Of a stretch of DNA of 64,000 bases, positions 50,180 to 63,930 are shown in pieces (position 1 is the first letter of the stretch; every line of letters starts with the position of its first letter). The stretch covers positions 59,396,001 through 59,460,000 of the forward strand of contig NC_086105.1 of NCBI RefSeq assembly GCF_963921235.1, written 5' to 3'. The translations under genes and the position numbers were made by a program. The notes under the pieces were generated by a model. It was given only the letters and a program-made list of their open reading frames with translations. It was not told where the DNA came from and ran no database searches. This DNA is from Mobula hypostoma (lineage: Eukaryota).

Positions 50180-50805
50180 TTCCAGGTGAGGCAAACTTCA
50201 CCTGCGAATCTGTTGGGGTTGTCTATTATATCCAATGCTCCAAATACAACCTTCTCATTGGTGAGTCCCAGTGTAAATTCGGGGCCACTTTGTCGCGCAC
50301 CTCCACTCCATCTGCCAAAAGCTGAATTTCCTGATGGAGAACCCTTTCAAATCCACTTTCAGGATGGAGGAGCAACAGCTTATATTCTGTCGAGGAAGCC
50401 TCCAACCTGATGTCAGAAGCATCAATCTTTCCCTTCAGTAAATATTTTCCTCCCCCCTTCCCTCTTCTATTCCCCACTCTTACCTCTTCTCCTCACCTGT
50501 CTATCACCTGTCCCTGGTGCCCCTCCTTTTCTGCCATAGTCCACTCTCCTCTCCTATTAGATTCCTTTTTCTCCTGTCCTTTACCATTCCCACCCACCAG
50601 GCTTCACCTTCTAGCTATTCCTCTTCCCCTCCCCTCACCTTTTATTCCAACATCTTCTCTCTTCCTTTCCTGTCCTGAAAAAGGGTCTCGGCCCGAAACA
50701 TCGACTGTTTATTCATTTCTATAGATGCTGCTTGACTTGCTAATTTCCTCTGGCACTTTGTGTGCGTCGCTCCGGATTTCCAGCGTCTGCAGAATTTCTT
50801 GTGAT
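50180..50805 (+). mobile_element. Penelope-like 3' fragment (degenerate) between the two promoters
   Basis: FTCESVGVVYYIQCSKYNLLIGE remnant; mutated hammerhead at about 50672-50706. Confidence 0.8.
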
Positions 50806-50904
50806 TTCAGTTGGTTCTGATGAACAGGTTGAGCCAATAAAAAGTCAGTCACTAGATCCTTGAATGTTCCTGGAGTCTGTTCCAGGCTCTTCTGTGGTAC
50901 GATT

Positions 50905-51220
50905 CGGTGGGCAATATAGTGGTTAGCTTAATGCTCCACAGCACCAGCTGTAAGGTCAGGGTTCAATTCTGGCCATTCTCTGTAAGGAGTTTGTACGTTC
51001 TCTATGTGACCACTTGTGTTGCCTTTGGGTGATCCGATTTCCTCTCACATTCCAAAGATTTATGAGTGGGATTAGTGAATTGTGGGGTGCTATGTTGGCA
51101 CTCCAAGTGTGGCGATACTTGCAGCCTGACCCTAGCACATCTTGGACTGTGTTGGTTGATGATGCAAACAACAAATTTCACTCTTTCGATTCACATGCGA
51201 CAAGTAAAGCAAACCTTTAA
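50905..51220 (+). mobile_element. tRNA-derived SINE (representative; related copies at about 620, 1428/2846, 7160, 24915, 35545, 40230 and 52375)
   Basis: tagtggttagc...gggttcaattc boxes followed by tgtaaggagtttgtacgttctc core. Confidence 0.7.
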
Positions 51221-53009
51221 CCCTTAAACACCACGCGCCTGAATGCTAGATATTCTGTTGCAAGTTTTATCGTGGTAAGTCATGAACTCCACACCACTGG
51301 GGAGCTGATTAGGGTTTCTGTCCAAAATCGTGGTAAGGAAGACTGAGAAAAAATGCTGGCTGATGATGCAGCCTTCCTTGACACCAGAATGCAAAGCGAC
51401 TGGGTCTGCTGCATTGAGATCACATCCTGGGTATCATCATGACGCAGATGTAAAATGGAGACGGATTTCTTCAGGCAGCCAAATTTAACAAGGATGCTCC
51501 CTCATGGGTGGTAGAATTAAATTTACTGTCAGAAAGGGTCACTTGTTGTGTTAATGTTGATCCTTGCATTTCTTGTAAAATGCTTCTCTTGAAGAGTACC
51601 TGAATCATCTATATATATTAGGCTTCCATGATTCCTTAAGGTTGTTATAGCTGGGGTGGTAATGGGGGTGAGTTCCCACTACCTATTAAATACTCCCAAT
51701 GGTGTGTATCTCAAATAGCCTCTGACAACCATGTCCATCTCGTGGCCTTTACGTAGGCTTAGCTACTAAGCCTGGCGAAACCGTTTCTGCTGACAGGAGA
51801 AAGGGCAAAGGCGGGTTACTGGCGCCTTAAAATCAGTCATTTTGGGAATTTGGGGTTCGTCAGCTGTGGTTGGTGGCTCATCTAGGAGAAGGAAAACTCC
51901 GATCTCAAACCTCCACTGCCTTGCAGCTATACCCACTCATGGGGAGGGCTTTGGGAGTAAGCCAGAGCTGGAATCCCTAAGGCAGTCCTACATTGAGTTC
52001 AATGTTGACTGGCAACTCCTGTGACGCTTCTGGTACCAAACTGTGACAATGTTTTCCGTCCCTTTGGATTCATCAGCCGTGTGGAGAGGGGGATCCTGCT
52101 ACATGGGCAACAGCTTGCTCACCATGTCATACTGCCTGGCTTGCACATCACATAAGCAGCTGAGACACAATGTCCATTGTCAATCCCAAACAGTGGAGGG
52201 CCTCAGTTGGCTTCCACCAAATAATGGTAAATGGGATTATTCTTGATAGGCGCCTGATGGTGGGATGAAGGGATTACTTCTATGTACTCTATGATTCTGA
52301 GTTACTGTATAACGAAGATCACATCTGGCTGGCATGCTTACAGAAGAACAGAACCCACACTGTGAACTCCTCATCACTTAGAGATACAGCCCAGTAACTG
52401 ACCTTTCTGACCCCAGAAGCCCTCGCCGCCAAAGTACACCCATCTGACAAATTAACCTAATAACGTACATCTTTGGAATGAGGAAGGAAACTTGAGCACC
52501 CAGAGTAAACCACAGAGTTACTGGGAGAATGTACAAACCCCTTACAGAAAGCGGCAGGAATTGAACCCCAAACTTGCAGCTGTCTACAGTGAAGCCTCAT
52601 GCTAACCACCACACTCCCATGCTGGCTAATTTGGAGAGCAACTCTGACTGTTAGGAGAGATGATTCAAGGGGAGCCTAGTGATAGCCTTGTATGACAATT
52701 CTCAGTACAAGTGGACCTGTTTGCTCTCTTGAGAATGGTCATGCCTCTGAGGTTGCTGGTTTGTCCTCCTCTCCCCACACGTGGGTAACAAGGCAGTTCT
52801 GATGGCTGTGCGTCTTACAAGTTGTTACACTTCATAAAAAGTGTGATGTGCTTCCAAAGGATTACTGAATAAATTGAATCTATTTTTTAATCTCAATATA
52901 TAGCAACCCCCTACAGATTTTAATTATTATTTATTTCACCCTAGTAAGATTTAGCTGTTTTTCTAAAATTTATAAACGATATTTTTCTTGATTTTCTGTG
53001 TATTATTGA

Positions 53010-53240
53010 TTTCCAGTCGTCACGTTTGAACATTGGAGTAGTTTTTGGTGAGAGGGAGCGCAGTTGGGCAGCAGACGATTCGTGGTCCGGACGTCATACT
53101 CGCAGCTGTTGCTGCAGCCCGGTCCGCGTGGGCGGACGGGATCGGCACGGACCGGAAGTGAGGTGCGGGGCTCGGGTCGGTGATGCCGCTGGAAAAGGCC
53201 GAGGGAGAAGTTGGAAGCGGCGTCTAGTCGATCAGGTAGA
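53010..53240 (+). promoter_or_regulatory. Second CpG island: divergent promoter and non-coding first exon (TMTC3 by synteny, unconfirmed)
   Basis: CpG cluster with GACGTCA (CRE-like) and ACCGGAAGTG (ETS/GABPA, 53151-53160). Candidate donor AG|gtgcgg at 53162/53163, then a strongly G-skewed plus strand. No coding exon found in the window. Confidence 0.55.
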
Positions 53241-54350
53241 GGGAGAGGAGGATGGGGAAGCGTGTTGTGGATTAAGTATGGGTTAGGGGGAGGGAGTGGT
53301 GGATGGTGAGGATGGGAAGATGTATTGTGGATCAGGTTGTGGATACGGGAGGAAGGAGTGAGAGGATAGGGAGATGTGTGATTGATAAGGTAGGGAAGAA
53401 GGGAGACTGAGGAGGGGGTGGTGAGAGTGGGGAAGGAGCGTCTAGTGAAGGGGGACAGTGAGAGGGCCAGGTAGGGGTAGAGAAAGGAGCGGTGGTGGAG
53501 GTGGGGTAAGGATGGGGAAGCAGCTTCTAGTGGATCACGTAGGGGAGAGGAGGGACTGAGGGTGGTGAGGTATGGGAGCAAGTGGTGGGGTGGGAAGGTA
53601 TGTTGTGGATCAGGGAGGAGGAGGGAGAGGGAAGGATGAGTCTGGAGGTGATGACGTGTGCTGTGGATCGGGTAGAGGAGAAAGGGGAGAAGAAGGAAAG
53701 GTGAGAGTTGGGAGGTGTGTGGTAGATTAAGTAGAAGAGAGGAAGTGGGTATTGGCGTTAGTTTATTATTGTCACATGTTCTGAGATATGGTGAAAAGTT
53801 TTTCTTGCACACTGTTCACACAGATTAGATCCTTACACAGTATATTGAGCTTGAACACGGTAAAACAATAACGATACAGAATAAAGTGTAAAATCTGCAG
53901 TGCAGGTAAACAATAAAGTGTGGGGTCATAGCAAGGTTGGATGTGAGGCCAAAAGTCCATTTTATCCGACTGAGTAGGGTTGGGAGGTGTATGGTTGATC
54001 AGATAGGGGAGAGGAGGGACCAGGGCTGATGGTGCGGAAGAGAAGGCAAGTTTCAATTTGATAGGGGAGAGGTTGGTGTGGGTGGGAAAGTGAGGTTGAG
54101 TATGTGAGGAGGGATGAGTGTGTGTTGGATGGTTCAGGAGGGAGATGGTTAGAGCCATGTGTAGGTGGGTGCTTAATATATTGGGGTGTGGAGAGTAGTG
54201 TGGGAGATAGTTGGGGCAGGTATAGTATTGGAGGGAGGTGGAGTTTGGTTAACAATGCCTTGGTACAGGTGGGCAATTTGGGACAGGAGTGGGGAAGAGT
54301 GAAAAGCTTAGTAAGAGGACACCTGATAGGAGTTCAGGTTTGGCTGGGGA
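53230..54350 (+). repeat. G/purine-rich degenerate low-complexity repeat (interrupted by a LINE 3' fragment at about 53755-53965)
   Basis: Recurring tgttgtggatcagg and ggggagaggaggga motifs. Confidence 0.7.
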
Positions 54351-55431
54351 TGGACAAATAAAGCTCATCTTATCTTTAAATCTTTGGTCTGAAGAGTCTG
54401 GCCTAGATGGAGACTAATGGAAAATTGGTGGGCCTGAAAAGGTGGGGAAGAGATGTATGAGACGGATCAAGAGGGTGTGAGGTGGGTTGCAGAGGGTGTT
54501 TGGTAATTGGAGCTTAATATGTCAAGGAGATTATTTACGAGCATCTCGTGGCAAGTGTGGCGCAATCTTACTAGTTTTTACTTTCTAAAGTGGCTAATTT
54601 GCCAAGGTGAGGAGGGAAGAGGGCAGATGGATCCTTGTACCAATTTAATGTTTAACGAGTATGATTGAAATGTCCAAAAAGAAAGTTAAAATATGCAAAA
54701 TGGACTTAAATGGCTGACATATGTATGTGGTATTATGAGAGAGAGTTGCATTTCTCTAGCGCTGTATGCAGTTTGGAGATATCCCAAAGCCTTAATTCTG
54801 AGTTGTAATCTTTGCAGCAATGCTGCAGACTATAGGTGGTTAGTGTTTATTTGTGTGAAATGTGATGTAGATTATGAGGTCAATGTTTTTTTTCTAATTA
54901 ACAACGGCTGATGAGTTGCTCTTGTTCAAAGTAAATTTACTGGCCAAGTACACATATGTCACCCTGTACAATCCTGAGATTCATTGTCTTGCAGACATAC
55001 TCACTAAATCCGTAGAATAATGAGCACATTGAGTGGATCCTGTTGTAAGTGGAATGAGAATTCAGTGGGTGTAATGTGCATCGACAAGTGAAACCGATGT
55101 GGCTGCACATCTGGAACTGAGCTTATTACTGCATCTGTCTTGCTGAGGCCAGTGATGGTTCAAAATCAGGTTTATTGTCACTGTCATAAAATTTGTTTTT
55201 GTGCCAGCAGTTACAGTGCACACATAAAATACGGTGGATTCTGGTTAATTGGGATGGCAGTTAATGGGGACAGCCATTTGTTTGGGACAACTCTTAAAGA
55301 ACAAAAACAAATGGAGAAAATAGCCAGGATTCCTTCATTTATTTGGGACACTATGTCACTTAATTGGGGCAGGAGGCTGTTGCAGAACAGTTCCTTAACT
55401 ACTGTCAGTCATGTGCAAGTTGTGTGGCAGT

Positions 55432-55882
55432 TACTTTAATACTTTATACTTTATTGTCGCCAAACAATTGATACTAGAACGTGTAATCATCACAGCGATA
55501 TTTGATTCTGTGCTTCCCACGCCCTGGATTACAAATATTAAATATTAAAAATAGTAAAAATTAGTATATTAAAAAAATTTAATTATAAATCATAAATAGA
55601 AAATAGAAAAATGGAAAGTAAAGTAGTGCAAAAAAACCGAGAGGCAGGTTCGGATATTTGGAGGGTACGGCCCAGATCCGGGTTAGGATCCGTTCAGCAG
55701 TCTTATCACAGTTGGAAAGAAGCTGTTCCCAAATCTGGCCTTACGAGTCTTCAAGCTCCTGAGCCTTCTCCCGGAGGGAAAAGGGACGAAAAGTGTGTTG
55801 GCTGGGTGGGTCATGTCCTTGATTATCCTGGCAGCACTGCTCTGACAGCGTGCGGTGTAAAGTGAGTCCAATGACGGAAGAT
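55432..55882 (-). mobile_element. Rex1-like LINE 3' fragment (same family as 6058-6562), nested in a MITE
   Basis: Near-identical to the 6058-6490 copy. Confidence 0.8.
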
Positions 55883-56152
55883 TAGACCTTACACTGTGTT
55901 TGGAGCAAACCGTTTTTAATTAGCATCATTTGTGCGGTTGTGTTCAAAAACCAGGCTGATAATTGGTGAGTAATAAACAGTAAGACAATTCAGAACTGTT
56001 CGCTGTGGTCTCAAGCATTCAGGTTTGGGGCCACAAATGGCTGGGAGTGAAAATGAAATGATTTCACTATTTCAACAAGTTAGGAACTACGAAAAATTTG
56101 AAGGTACTGGCAATCATCTTGAATGTTACAATGAAAATGTAGATTTGGAAGA

Positions 56153-56726
56153 CAAGAAAATCTGCAGATGCTGGAAATCCAAGCAACACAGACAAAATGC
56201 TCGAGGAACTCAGCAGGCCAGGCAGCATCTATGGAAGAGAGTAAGCAGCCAATATTTTGGGCTGAGACCATTCTTCAGGACTGGAAAAACAGATGAGAAG
56301 TTAGAGCAAGGAGGTGGGAGGAGGGGAGGAAGAAGTACAAGGTCGTAGGTGATAGGTGAAACTGGGGGAGGGGGAGCGGTGACATAAAGGGCTGGGAAGC
56401 TGATAGGTGAAAGAGATAAAGGGCTGGAGAAGGGAATCTGATAGGAGCGGGTAAAAGACCATGGAAGAAAGAAAGGGAAGGGGGAAGAGCACCGGGGGAA
56501 GGTGAGGGGTAGGTAAGAAGATGAGATGAGAAAAGGAAAAGGGAATGGGAATAGTGAAAGGGGAGGCAATCACTGGAAGTTTGAGAAACCGATGTTCGTG
56601 CCATCAGGTTGGTGGCTACCCAGACAGAATGTAAGGTGTTGCTGATACTCCTGAGTGAGGCCTCATCGCAGCAGTAGAGGAGGCCGTGGACTGACGTGTT
56701 GGAATGGGAATAGGAAGTAGAATGAA
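56153..56726 (-). mobile_element. Penelope-like 3' fragment nested in a Tigger-like MITE
   Basis: TSD agatttggaaga at 56141-56152 and 56727-56738; GIY-YIG C-terminal remnant. Confidence 0.82.
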
Positions 56727-59700
56727 AGATTTGGAAGATGCAATCATTTTGAAGGCAGTCCATTATCAGGTGTCAGTGCTGATTTTGTTCATTTACGGTC
56801 AAAAGAATGTGACGTGGATGAATTGCTCCATTGACAAAGTATTAGGAACCAGTACACAATTTTATAGTACTATAGTAGTTTTGGTAGTGTACTAATTTCT
56901 TCTGTATTTCATTTAAATACATCATTTGTTACTCAGTTAAATGGTAGTTTTTCTTTCTTATACCTTTTTAACTATTAATGTGAAACCTCAGCTATTTAGT
57001 GCAGTTGCTTAATCGGGCCAAAATGTACTGGTCCTGATGTGTCCCAATTAACTGGAATCCACTGTATACTGTAAATTGCAGTAAGAAATGTATATAATTT
57101 TTAAAAAGTAGTGCCGAATGAGAGCAGAATTAGTGAAGTAGTGTTCATGAGATCATTATCTGTTTAGAAATCTGATGGTAGAGGGGAAGAAACTGTTCCT
57201 AAAACATTGTGTGTGTGTCTTCAGGCTCCTGTATCTCCTCCCTGATGGTAGTAGGCCTGCTCTGGGTGGTGGGGTCCACTATTCTGGTACACAGAATAGT
57301 GACAGCTTTGATTAAGTTTTCTAATTCCAGGAAGGATAGGTTTTTGATGCTCATAGTGTAGCAAATGAAATTAACTCTCCAGAAAGAAAAGGATAATTTC
57401 ATCATATAGTTTTGAGAATAGAGTTGTGGTTCATTTTATAATGCTATTGTCTCCTCTTCTATCGATTGACTGGGAACAGCGGTTATAAATTACAGTTGTT
57501 CGGCTTTGATTAACAGTTCTGTGCCGCCTTTGAGAGCTACATTGTCTCTGTAATGGCACTGTCAAATTTGTCCAGATGGTTGACTTTCATATGCTCTATG
57601 ATTTAATTATCGTCTCTGAGAGGGCCGAGGATTCAAAGCCACCTAAGAAATCTGCTCATATTTTGGCTTTATAGTGCTGAGGGAAATGTAGACTTGACAG
57701 AGATACTTTTATGAGACATGAGGGTCAAGAATCAACCTTGTTCACCATTTATGTTTACATGTATTAGGAATTTGCTGTGGTTTGTTGGTGAGGCACACAA
57801 CAAAAACAACATTCAACATTGATGGAGAAGAAGAAAGGAATACACTTGGGGAAGGTGTAGCACCTGCTTAGCATCACGTGAAACCGTGGGAGCAGCTGGT
57901 GCATATCACAGTGCTGCTTATGTGACCACTGATACCAGGCAAGACCATCTCTGAAGAATATTGATGACGACTGGGGTCACTCGTCTTGTAAAGACACTGC
58001 CCAGAAGAAGGCAATGGGAAACTACTTCTGTTGAAAAATTTGCCAAGAACTATCATGGTCATGGAAAGTCCTTGATCACCCACGTCATATGACAGGCACA
58101 TAATGAACGAAAATATATAATTTTCATAGATTTTAAGGTTAAATTATGGACGTGGAATAAAAAGTGTCTAAGTACATAAATGCCAGCAATGTAAGTAGCA
58201 TTATAAAAAGTGTTTACAGTGCAGTGACTGAGGTAATTGATGAGGGGTGAGGAGCTAACTAAAATGGTTGATCATATTAACTGCCTGGAAGAAGAAACTG
58301 ATGGTGTGAAGTTTTTGTTTTAAGTAGCTTTATAGTGCTTTCCAGTGGGAGCTTTTGGAAAAGGCAGTTTGCTGGGTGGGCAACCAATGACCAAACAGGT
58401 CACTGTAGTTCAGAGGTTCAATTAATATCAGAGAAATCTATACAATATACATCCTGATATGCTTTTTCTTTGTAACCATCCACAAAAACAGAGGAGTGCG
58501 CCAAAGAATGAATGACAGTTGAATGTTAGAACCCCAAAGTCCCCCACCAGCTCCCCAACGAGTGAGCGGCAGCAAGCAACAATCCCCCCTCCCCCCACCG
58601 GCAAAAAAAAACATTGGCACCCGCCACCGAGCACTCAAGTGTGAGCAAAGCAATAGCAAAGACACAGACTTGCAGTTACCCCCAACACTTCACGTTTCAC
58701 CCGGTATACGACATACCACAGGCACTCTCTGTCCCTAATAAGGGAGAAGGAAGTGTCTCTTTTCCCAGCGAGCCTTGATTGTCTATTTTTTGTACATTGT
58801 GAGAGGATGCTGCATCAAACCAGACAGTAATGGTAAATCAAAGGTTCATCTTCTATCTCGAGTGAATGTGAAGATGATGAGTGGTGTTCTCTTGGTTTTA
58901 CGGCGGTAATTTACCCTTTATTATAAAATTACTACTTTAGTTTTAAAGTGGTTGAGGCATCCTGAGATAATGGAAGATGTTATATAAGCATCATTGTTAA
59001 ATGTGCCTTTGGATGCTAAATTAGAGACTGAAATGCTGTTGCTAATCCTGATGTTTCGGGCAGGCAGAATGTCAAGACCATGTTCGTCCATTTAGTATCC
59101 TTTGGCATTATGAAGGACACTTCAATAGTTTGATATGTATTGTGTCTTGTGTTCTATGCAATGGGATGCCTAGGCATCTCTTATTATTCAAACTTTTGAA
59201 TTATTTCTAATTGCAACAGCCTTTTCAAGGCTTGTTCATATTGATTTTTGGCCTTTTGCATTTATCAGAATCAGGTTTATCATCACTAACAGGTAATGAA
59301 ATTTTCTTTGCGGTAGCAGTACAATCCAATGCTTAAACATGACTATAAATAAGTGGTGTAAAAAGAGAGCAGAATAGCGAATTAGTGTTCATGGCATCAT
59401 GCACCATTCAGAAATGTGACGACAGGGAAAGAAGCTGTTCCTGAAACGTTGGGTGTGGTCTTCAGGCTCCTGCCACCTCACTGAGAGCGGCAAAGAGAAG
59501 AGGCCGTGCCCTCGATGGTGAGGAGTCTAGTGCCCATGATGGAACTGGCTTGAGCTTTGAACCTCCTGCAGTATTTTCTGTGCATTGGAGCCTTCCTACC
59601 AGTCAGAATGCTGTCTGCAGTACATCTATAGAAATTTCCTAAAGACTTAGGTGATGCATGTACCAAATTATTTTGTTAGAGGCTGATTTAACATTTTGTA

Positions 59701-61636
59701 GACTTGTTTTTCCACTGAGTTAATGTATGAACCCCCAAGGGATCCATACTTAATCCTTTTAAAATTTCTTCTTAACACCTCTAACAGATTCACTTTCTGC
59801 TCCTTGAGTGTCTAGATGCTGCGGTTCATCATTCCAAATTAGCAAGTTACTGTACGCGTGTTAAAGCTGGATTAATTGTTCTAATCACATGGATATCATT
59901 TAAAAATGAAAGGCCACTCAAACTAGATTGTGAAATGATCTCAGATGTTACTTGTATTTATCTCCCTCATTCTGGCTTCTGTTACAGAAAAAGCTGGAAA
60001 TACTCAGCAACAAGAAGAGTTTATGTTCCAAGTCAAAGACCCTTCATCAGAGCTGTGAGAGAGAAAGCTGCAAACCTTTGAGTGTTTCCAGCATTTTCTG
60101 TTTTAATTCAGACTTTGCAGTTTTTAAATTATTATTTTCCAATTTCCTTGTGTTGCCCTTGAGTAGGGAGAAAGGTTTTGGATTGGACTCCCCTTTCCCG
60201 GTGAGACCATATAAAATGAATTGCTTTTTGGTTTAATATTAAAAGCAGAGGTGTATGTAATTAATGTTCAAGGAAACCTTCAAACGTTTTCTCACTCGAC
60301 CATTTCTTCTCGGAAGCTGGGAATTAGTTCTCTCAGAATCAGGTTTATTGTCACTGACATGGCAGAGATGATTCTGAACTTGTGCCTTTCTGTAGTTTTT
60401 CTTTCTCCTGCCAGATTTCTGCAGGCTCATCTTGTCCATGAGATCAATGGTCTGCTTCCTTGTCATGATCCCATCCAACTTCTACCCACACAGCTTCATG
60501 TACTGGTGCTGATTTTAACTGATATTTCTCTTCCCCGCTCCTTCAAATTTTGTAATTCCTGCCTGCCCCAGGCAATTTTTGCTTGTTGTTAAAGCAAAGT
60601 GCTTTGTGGAAACAGACTGTATCTTATCAGACATTTTATGTCTCTTGTAATAAAAACCATCGATGCTTTACATAGCTGTGCAAGTCAGTCCTAATGAGTT
60701 GAAGCTAGAATGTGAAAGTAATATCGAAGTCCAAAGCTTGTCAAGTCCGGAGGTAGAAGGTCGAAGATTGAATTTGACGAGTCCAGAGGTAGAAGGTCGA
60801 AGACCGAAGTCGACGTGTCCACATATCAGAATCCCGATGTCTGAGAGGCTGGGCCAATGACTGGAGCCCTGGAGCTGGCCTGTCCTGGGGCTGAAGGCCT
60901 GTTTATGTGGATGGGAAAGAGGCTTGTTTTGCTACTGGTGTTCTGTTCTTATTGCTTGTGGTGTTCTGCTGAACACTGAGCAAGTTACGTTAGCGCCGGA
61001 ATGTGTGGTTACACTTGCAGACTGCCTCCGGCACATCCTTGGGTGTGTTGCTTGTTAATGCAAGCGATGCATGTCACTGTATGTTTTGATGTACATGTGA
61101 TAAATCTGAATCTATTTTCGGTACCAGTGTCCAATGGGTAATGAGCACAGAGTCAAATTTTATGTGATGATTCTAAATGGCAGCTGGAGGAATACTGTAG
61201 AGCTCAACCATGGGTCCCTAAAATAACAAACTTGCTTACAATATGTTGAAAAAATGAGCACACTGTTTGTTAATTACAAACATTAAACGTCAGACAGATA
61301 TGTGATTTTTGAATACGCTGGAGGTACCAAGTATGATGCTCGTCTTCTGTCACATCACAGATGTTAATGTTTCAAACTCAGTATTATGTCTGACTGTTTT
61401 TACAAACTTCTATCTACTTATCAGCATATGTCCCAAGGGCTGGAAGGTCCTTTCCAGAACCATTCTCGCTGATGACTTGCATTGTGCGGTATAATGGCAT
61501 TCTACATCTCTCCCAGAATTCCCCACCCGACCTTCTACAAGGATATGGGCACCATATTCAAATAGTTCAACCAACATAGCGCTACATTCCCAAACAATGT
61601 TCAAAGTAAATTTATTATCAAAGTATATATGTTACC

Positions 61637-62810
61637 ATATCAAAGTTGCTGGTGAACGCAGCAGGCCAGGCAGCATGTCTAGGAAGAGGTACAGTCGATG
61701 TTTCAGGCTGAGACCCTTCATCAGGACTACCTGAAGGAAGAGTTAGTAAGAGATTTGAAAGTGGGAGGGGGAGGGGGAGATTCAAAATGATAGGAGAAGA
61801 CCGGAGGGGGAGGGATGGAGTCAAGAGCTGGACAGGTGATTGGCAAAGGGGATATGAGAGGATCATGGGACAGGAGGCTCATGGAGAAAGACAAGGCGGG
61901 GGAAACCCAGAGGATGGGCAAGGGGTATAGTCAGAGGGACAGAGGGAGAAAAAGGAGAGTGAGAGAAAGAATGTGTGTATAAAAATAAATAACGGTGGGG
62001 TACGAGGGGGAGGTGGGGCATTAGCAGAAGTTAGCGAAGTCAATGTTCATGCCATCAGGTTGGAGGCTATCCAGACGGAATACAAGGTGTTCCTCCAACC
62101 TGAGTGTGGCTTCATCTTTACAGTAGAGGAGGCTGTGCATAGACATGTCAGAATGGGAATGGGATGTGGAATTAAAATGTGTGGCCACTGGGAGATCACT
62201 GTTCAGCAAAGCGGTCTCCCAGTCTGCGTCGGGTCTCGCCAATATATAGAAGGCCACATCGGGAGCACCGGACGCAGTATATCACCCCAGCCGACTCACA
62301 GGTGAAGTGTCGCCTCACCTGGAAGGACTGTCTGGGGCCCTGAATGGTGGTAAAGGAGGAAGTGTAAGGGCATGTGTAGCACTTGTTCCACTTACAAGGA
62401 TATTTGCCAGGAGGGAGATCAGTGGGGAGGGATGGGGGGGACGAATGGTCAAGGGAGTCGCGTAGGGAGCGATCCCTGCGGAAAGCAGAGGTGGGGGGGA
62501 GGGAAAGATGTGCTTAGTGGTGGGATCCCGTTGGAGGTGGCGGAAGTTACGGAGAATAATATGTTGGACCCGGAGGCTGGTGGGGTGGTAGGTGAGGACC
62601 AGAGGAACCCTATTCCTAGTGGGATGCCGGGAGGATGGAGTGAGAGCGGATGTGCGTGAAATGGGGGAGATGCGTTTGAGAGCAGAGTTGATGGTGGAGG
62701 AAGGGAAGCCCCTTTCTTTAAAAAAAGGAGGACATCTCCCTCATCCTGGAATGAAAAGCCTCATCCTGAGAGCATATGCGGCGGAGATGGAGGAATTGTG
62801 AGAAGGGGAT
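61637..62810 (-). mobile_element. Penelope-like element, 5'-truncated
   Basis: Highly similar to 1469-2227, extending further into the RT-endonuclease linker. Confidence 0.9.
61693..61728 (-). ncRNA. Hammerhead ribozyme motif copy (core intact, stem III palindrome mutated)
   Basis: Reverse complement reads agtc ctgatga agggtctcagcct gaaa ca tc gact. Confidence 0.6.
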
Positions 62811-63221
62811 AATACATATACCTTGAGGTTAATTTTCTTGCGGGCATTTACAGGAAAAAAATAAATATAGAATTTATTTATATATTTATAAAACAGAATG
62901 ACAAACAATCAATGAGCAAATATAAAATAATACTAAGAACATGAGTCCTTCAAAGTGAGTGTTTTGGTTGTGGAATCAGTTTAATATTGAAGTGAGTGAA
63001 ATTATCCATGAGGAGCCTGATTGTTGTATGGTGGTAACTGTTCCTGAACTTGGTGGTGTGGGATCTAAGGCTTCTGTGTCTCCTGCTCGATGGTGGTAGT
63101 GAGAAGGAGTCATGTCCTGGATGGTGGGGGTCTTTGCTGGTTGCTGCTTTTTTGTGGCAACACTCCTTGCAAATGTGGTCAGTGGTAGAGAAGGCCTTGC
63201 CTATGTAGGTCCACTATGGCA

Positions 63222-63930
63222 ACAGTCCCCAACCACCGGGCCGCAAAGCGTATGCTACCAGGCCATGAGGAAACGATATGAGTCAGCTGCACCTTTCCTC
63301 ATTCCCTGTCACGCACTGTTGAACTTGAACATAGGGTTGCCAGCTGTCCCATATTAGCCGGGACATCCAGTATATTGGGCTAAATTGGTTTGTCCCATAT
63401 GGGACCGCCCTTGTATCGTATTTCCCCGGCTAAGGTAGAGCGTTCCTATGAAACCTTTCGTGCAGAAATGGCGTGAAGCGAAGAAGTAATTACCATTAAT
63501 TTATATGTGAAAAATTTTTGAGCGTTCCCAGACCCAAAAAATAACCTAACAGATCATACCAAATAACACATAAAACTGAAAATAACACTACCATATAGTA
63601 AAAGCAGGAATGATATGATAAATACACAGCCTATATAAAGTAGAAATAATGTATGTATAGTATAGTCGGGAAGATGAAGGCAAAACCGATTTGTGGGGGG
63701 AAAAGATCGGCACGTATGCACATGTGCACATCATATGCGCACACAGGTGCCCGTGCAAGGCTTCATTGTCATGGTAGACTTTCCTGGGGTAAAGTGTCCC
63801 GGGAGTTGATTGCTGTTTTTGTCCCTTATTTGGGAGTGAGAAAGTTGGCAACTCGAACTGTAAAAGACCTGTTGAGGTGAGTTTAACCCTACTTGAACAC
63901 CCCCCCCCCCACCCCCACCGGTCAGCCGGT
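63222..63930. mobile_element. hAT-like non-autonomous DNA element(s)
   Basis: cagtccccaacc and tagggttgccagctgtccc terminal motifs; CpG-retaining internal sequence. Confidence 0.45.

Larger units (their letters stand above)
55232..57064. mobile_element. Tc1/mariner (Tigger-like) non-autonomous DNA transposon
   Basis: TIRs cggtggattctggttaattggg / cccaattaactggaatccactg with TA TSD. Confidence 0.85.

Noticed and set aside
53003-53812. 269-aa Pro/Leu/Ser-rich ORF
   Set aside because: By-product of a C-rich low-complexity strand; it starts inside a LINE fragment and has no recognisable domain.
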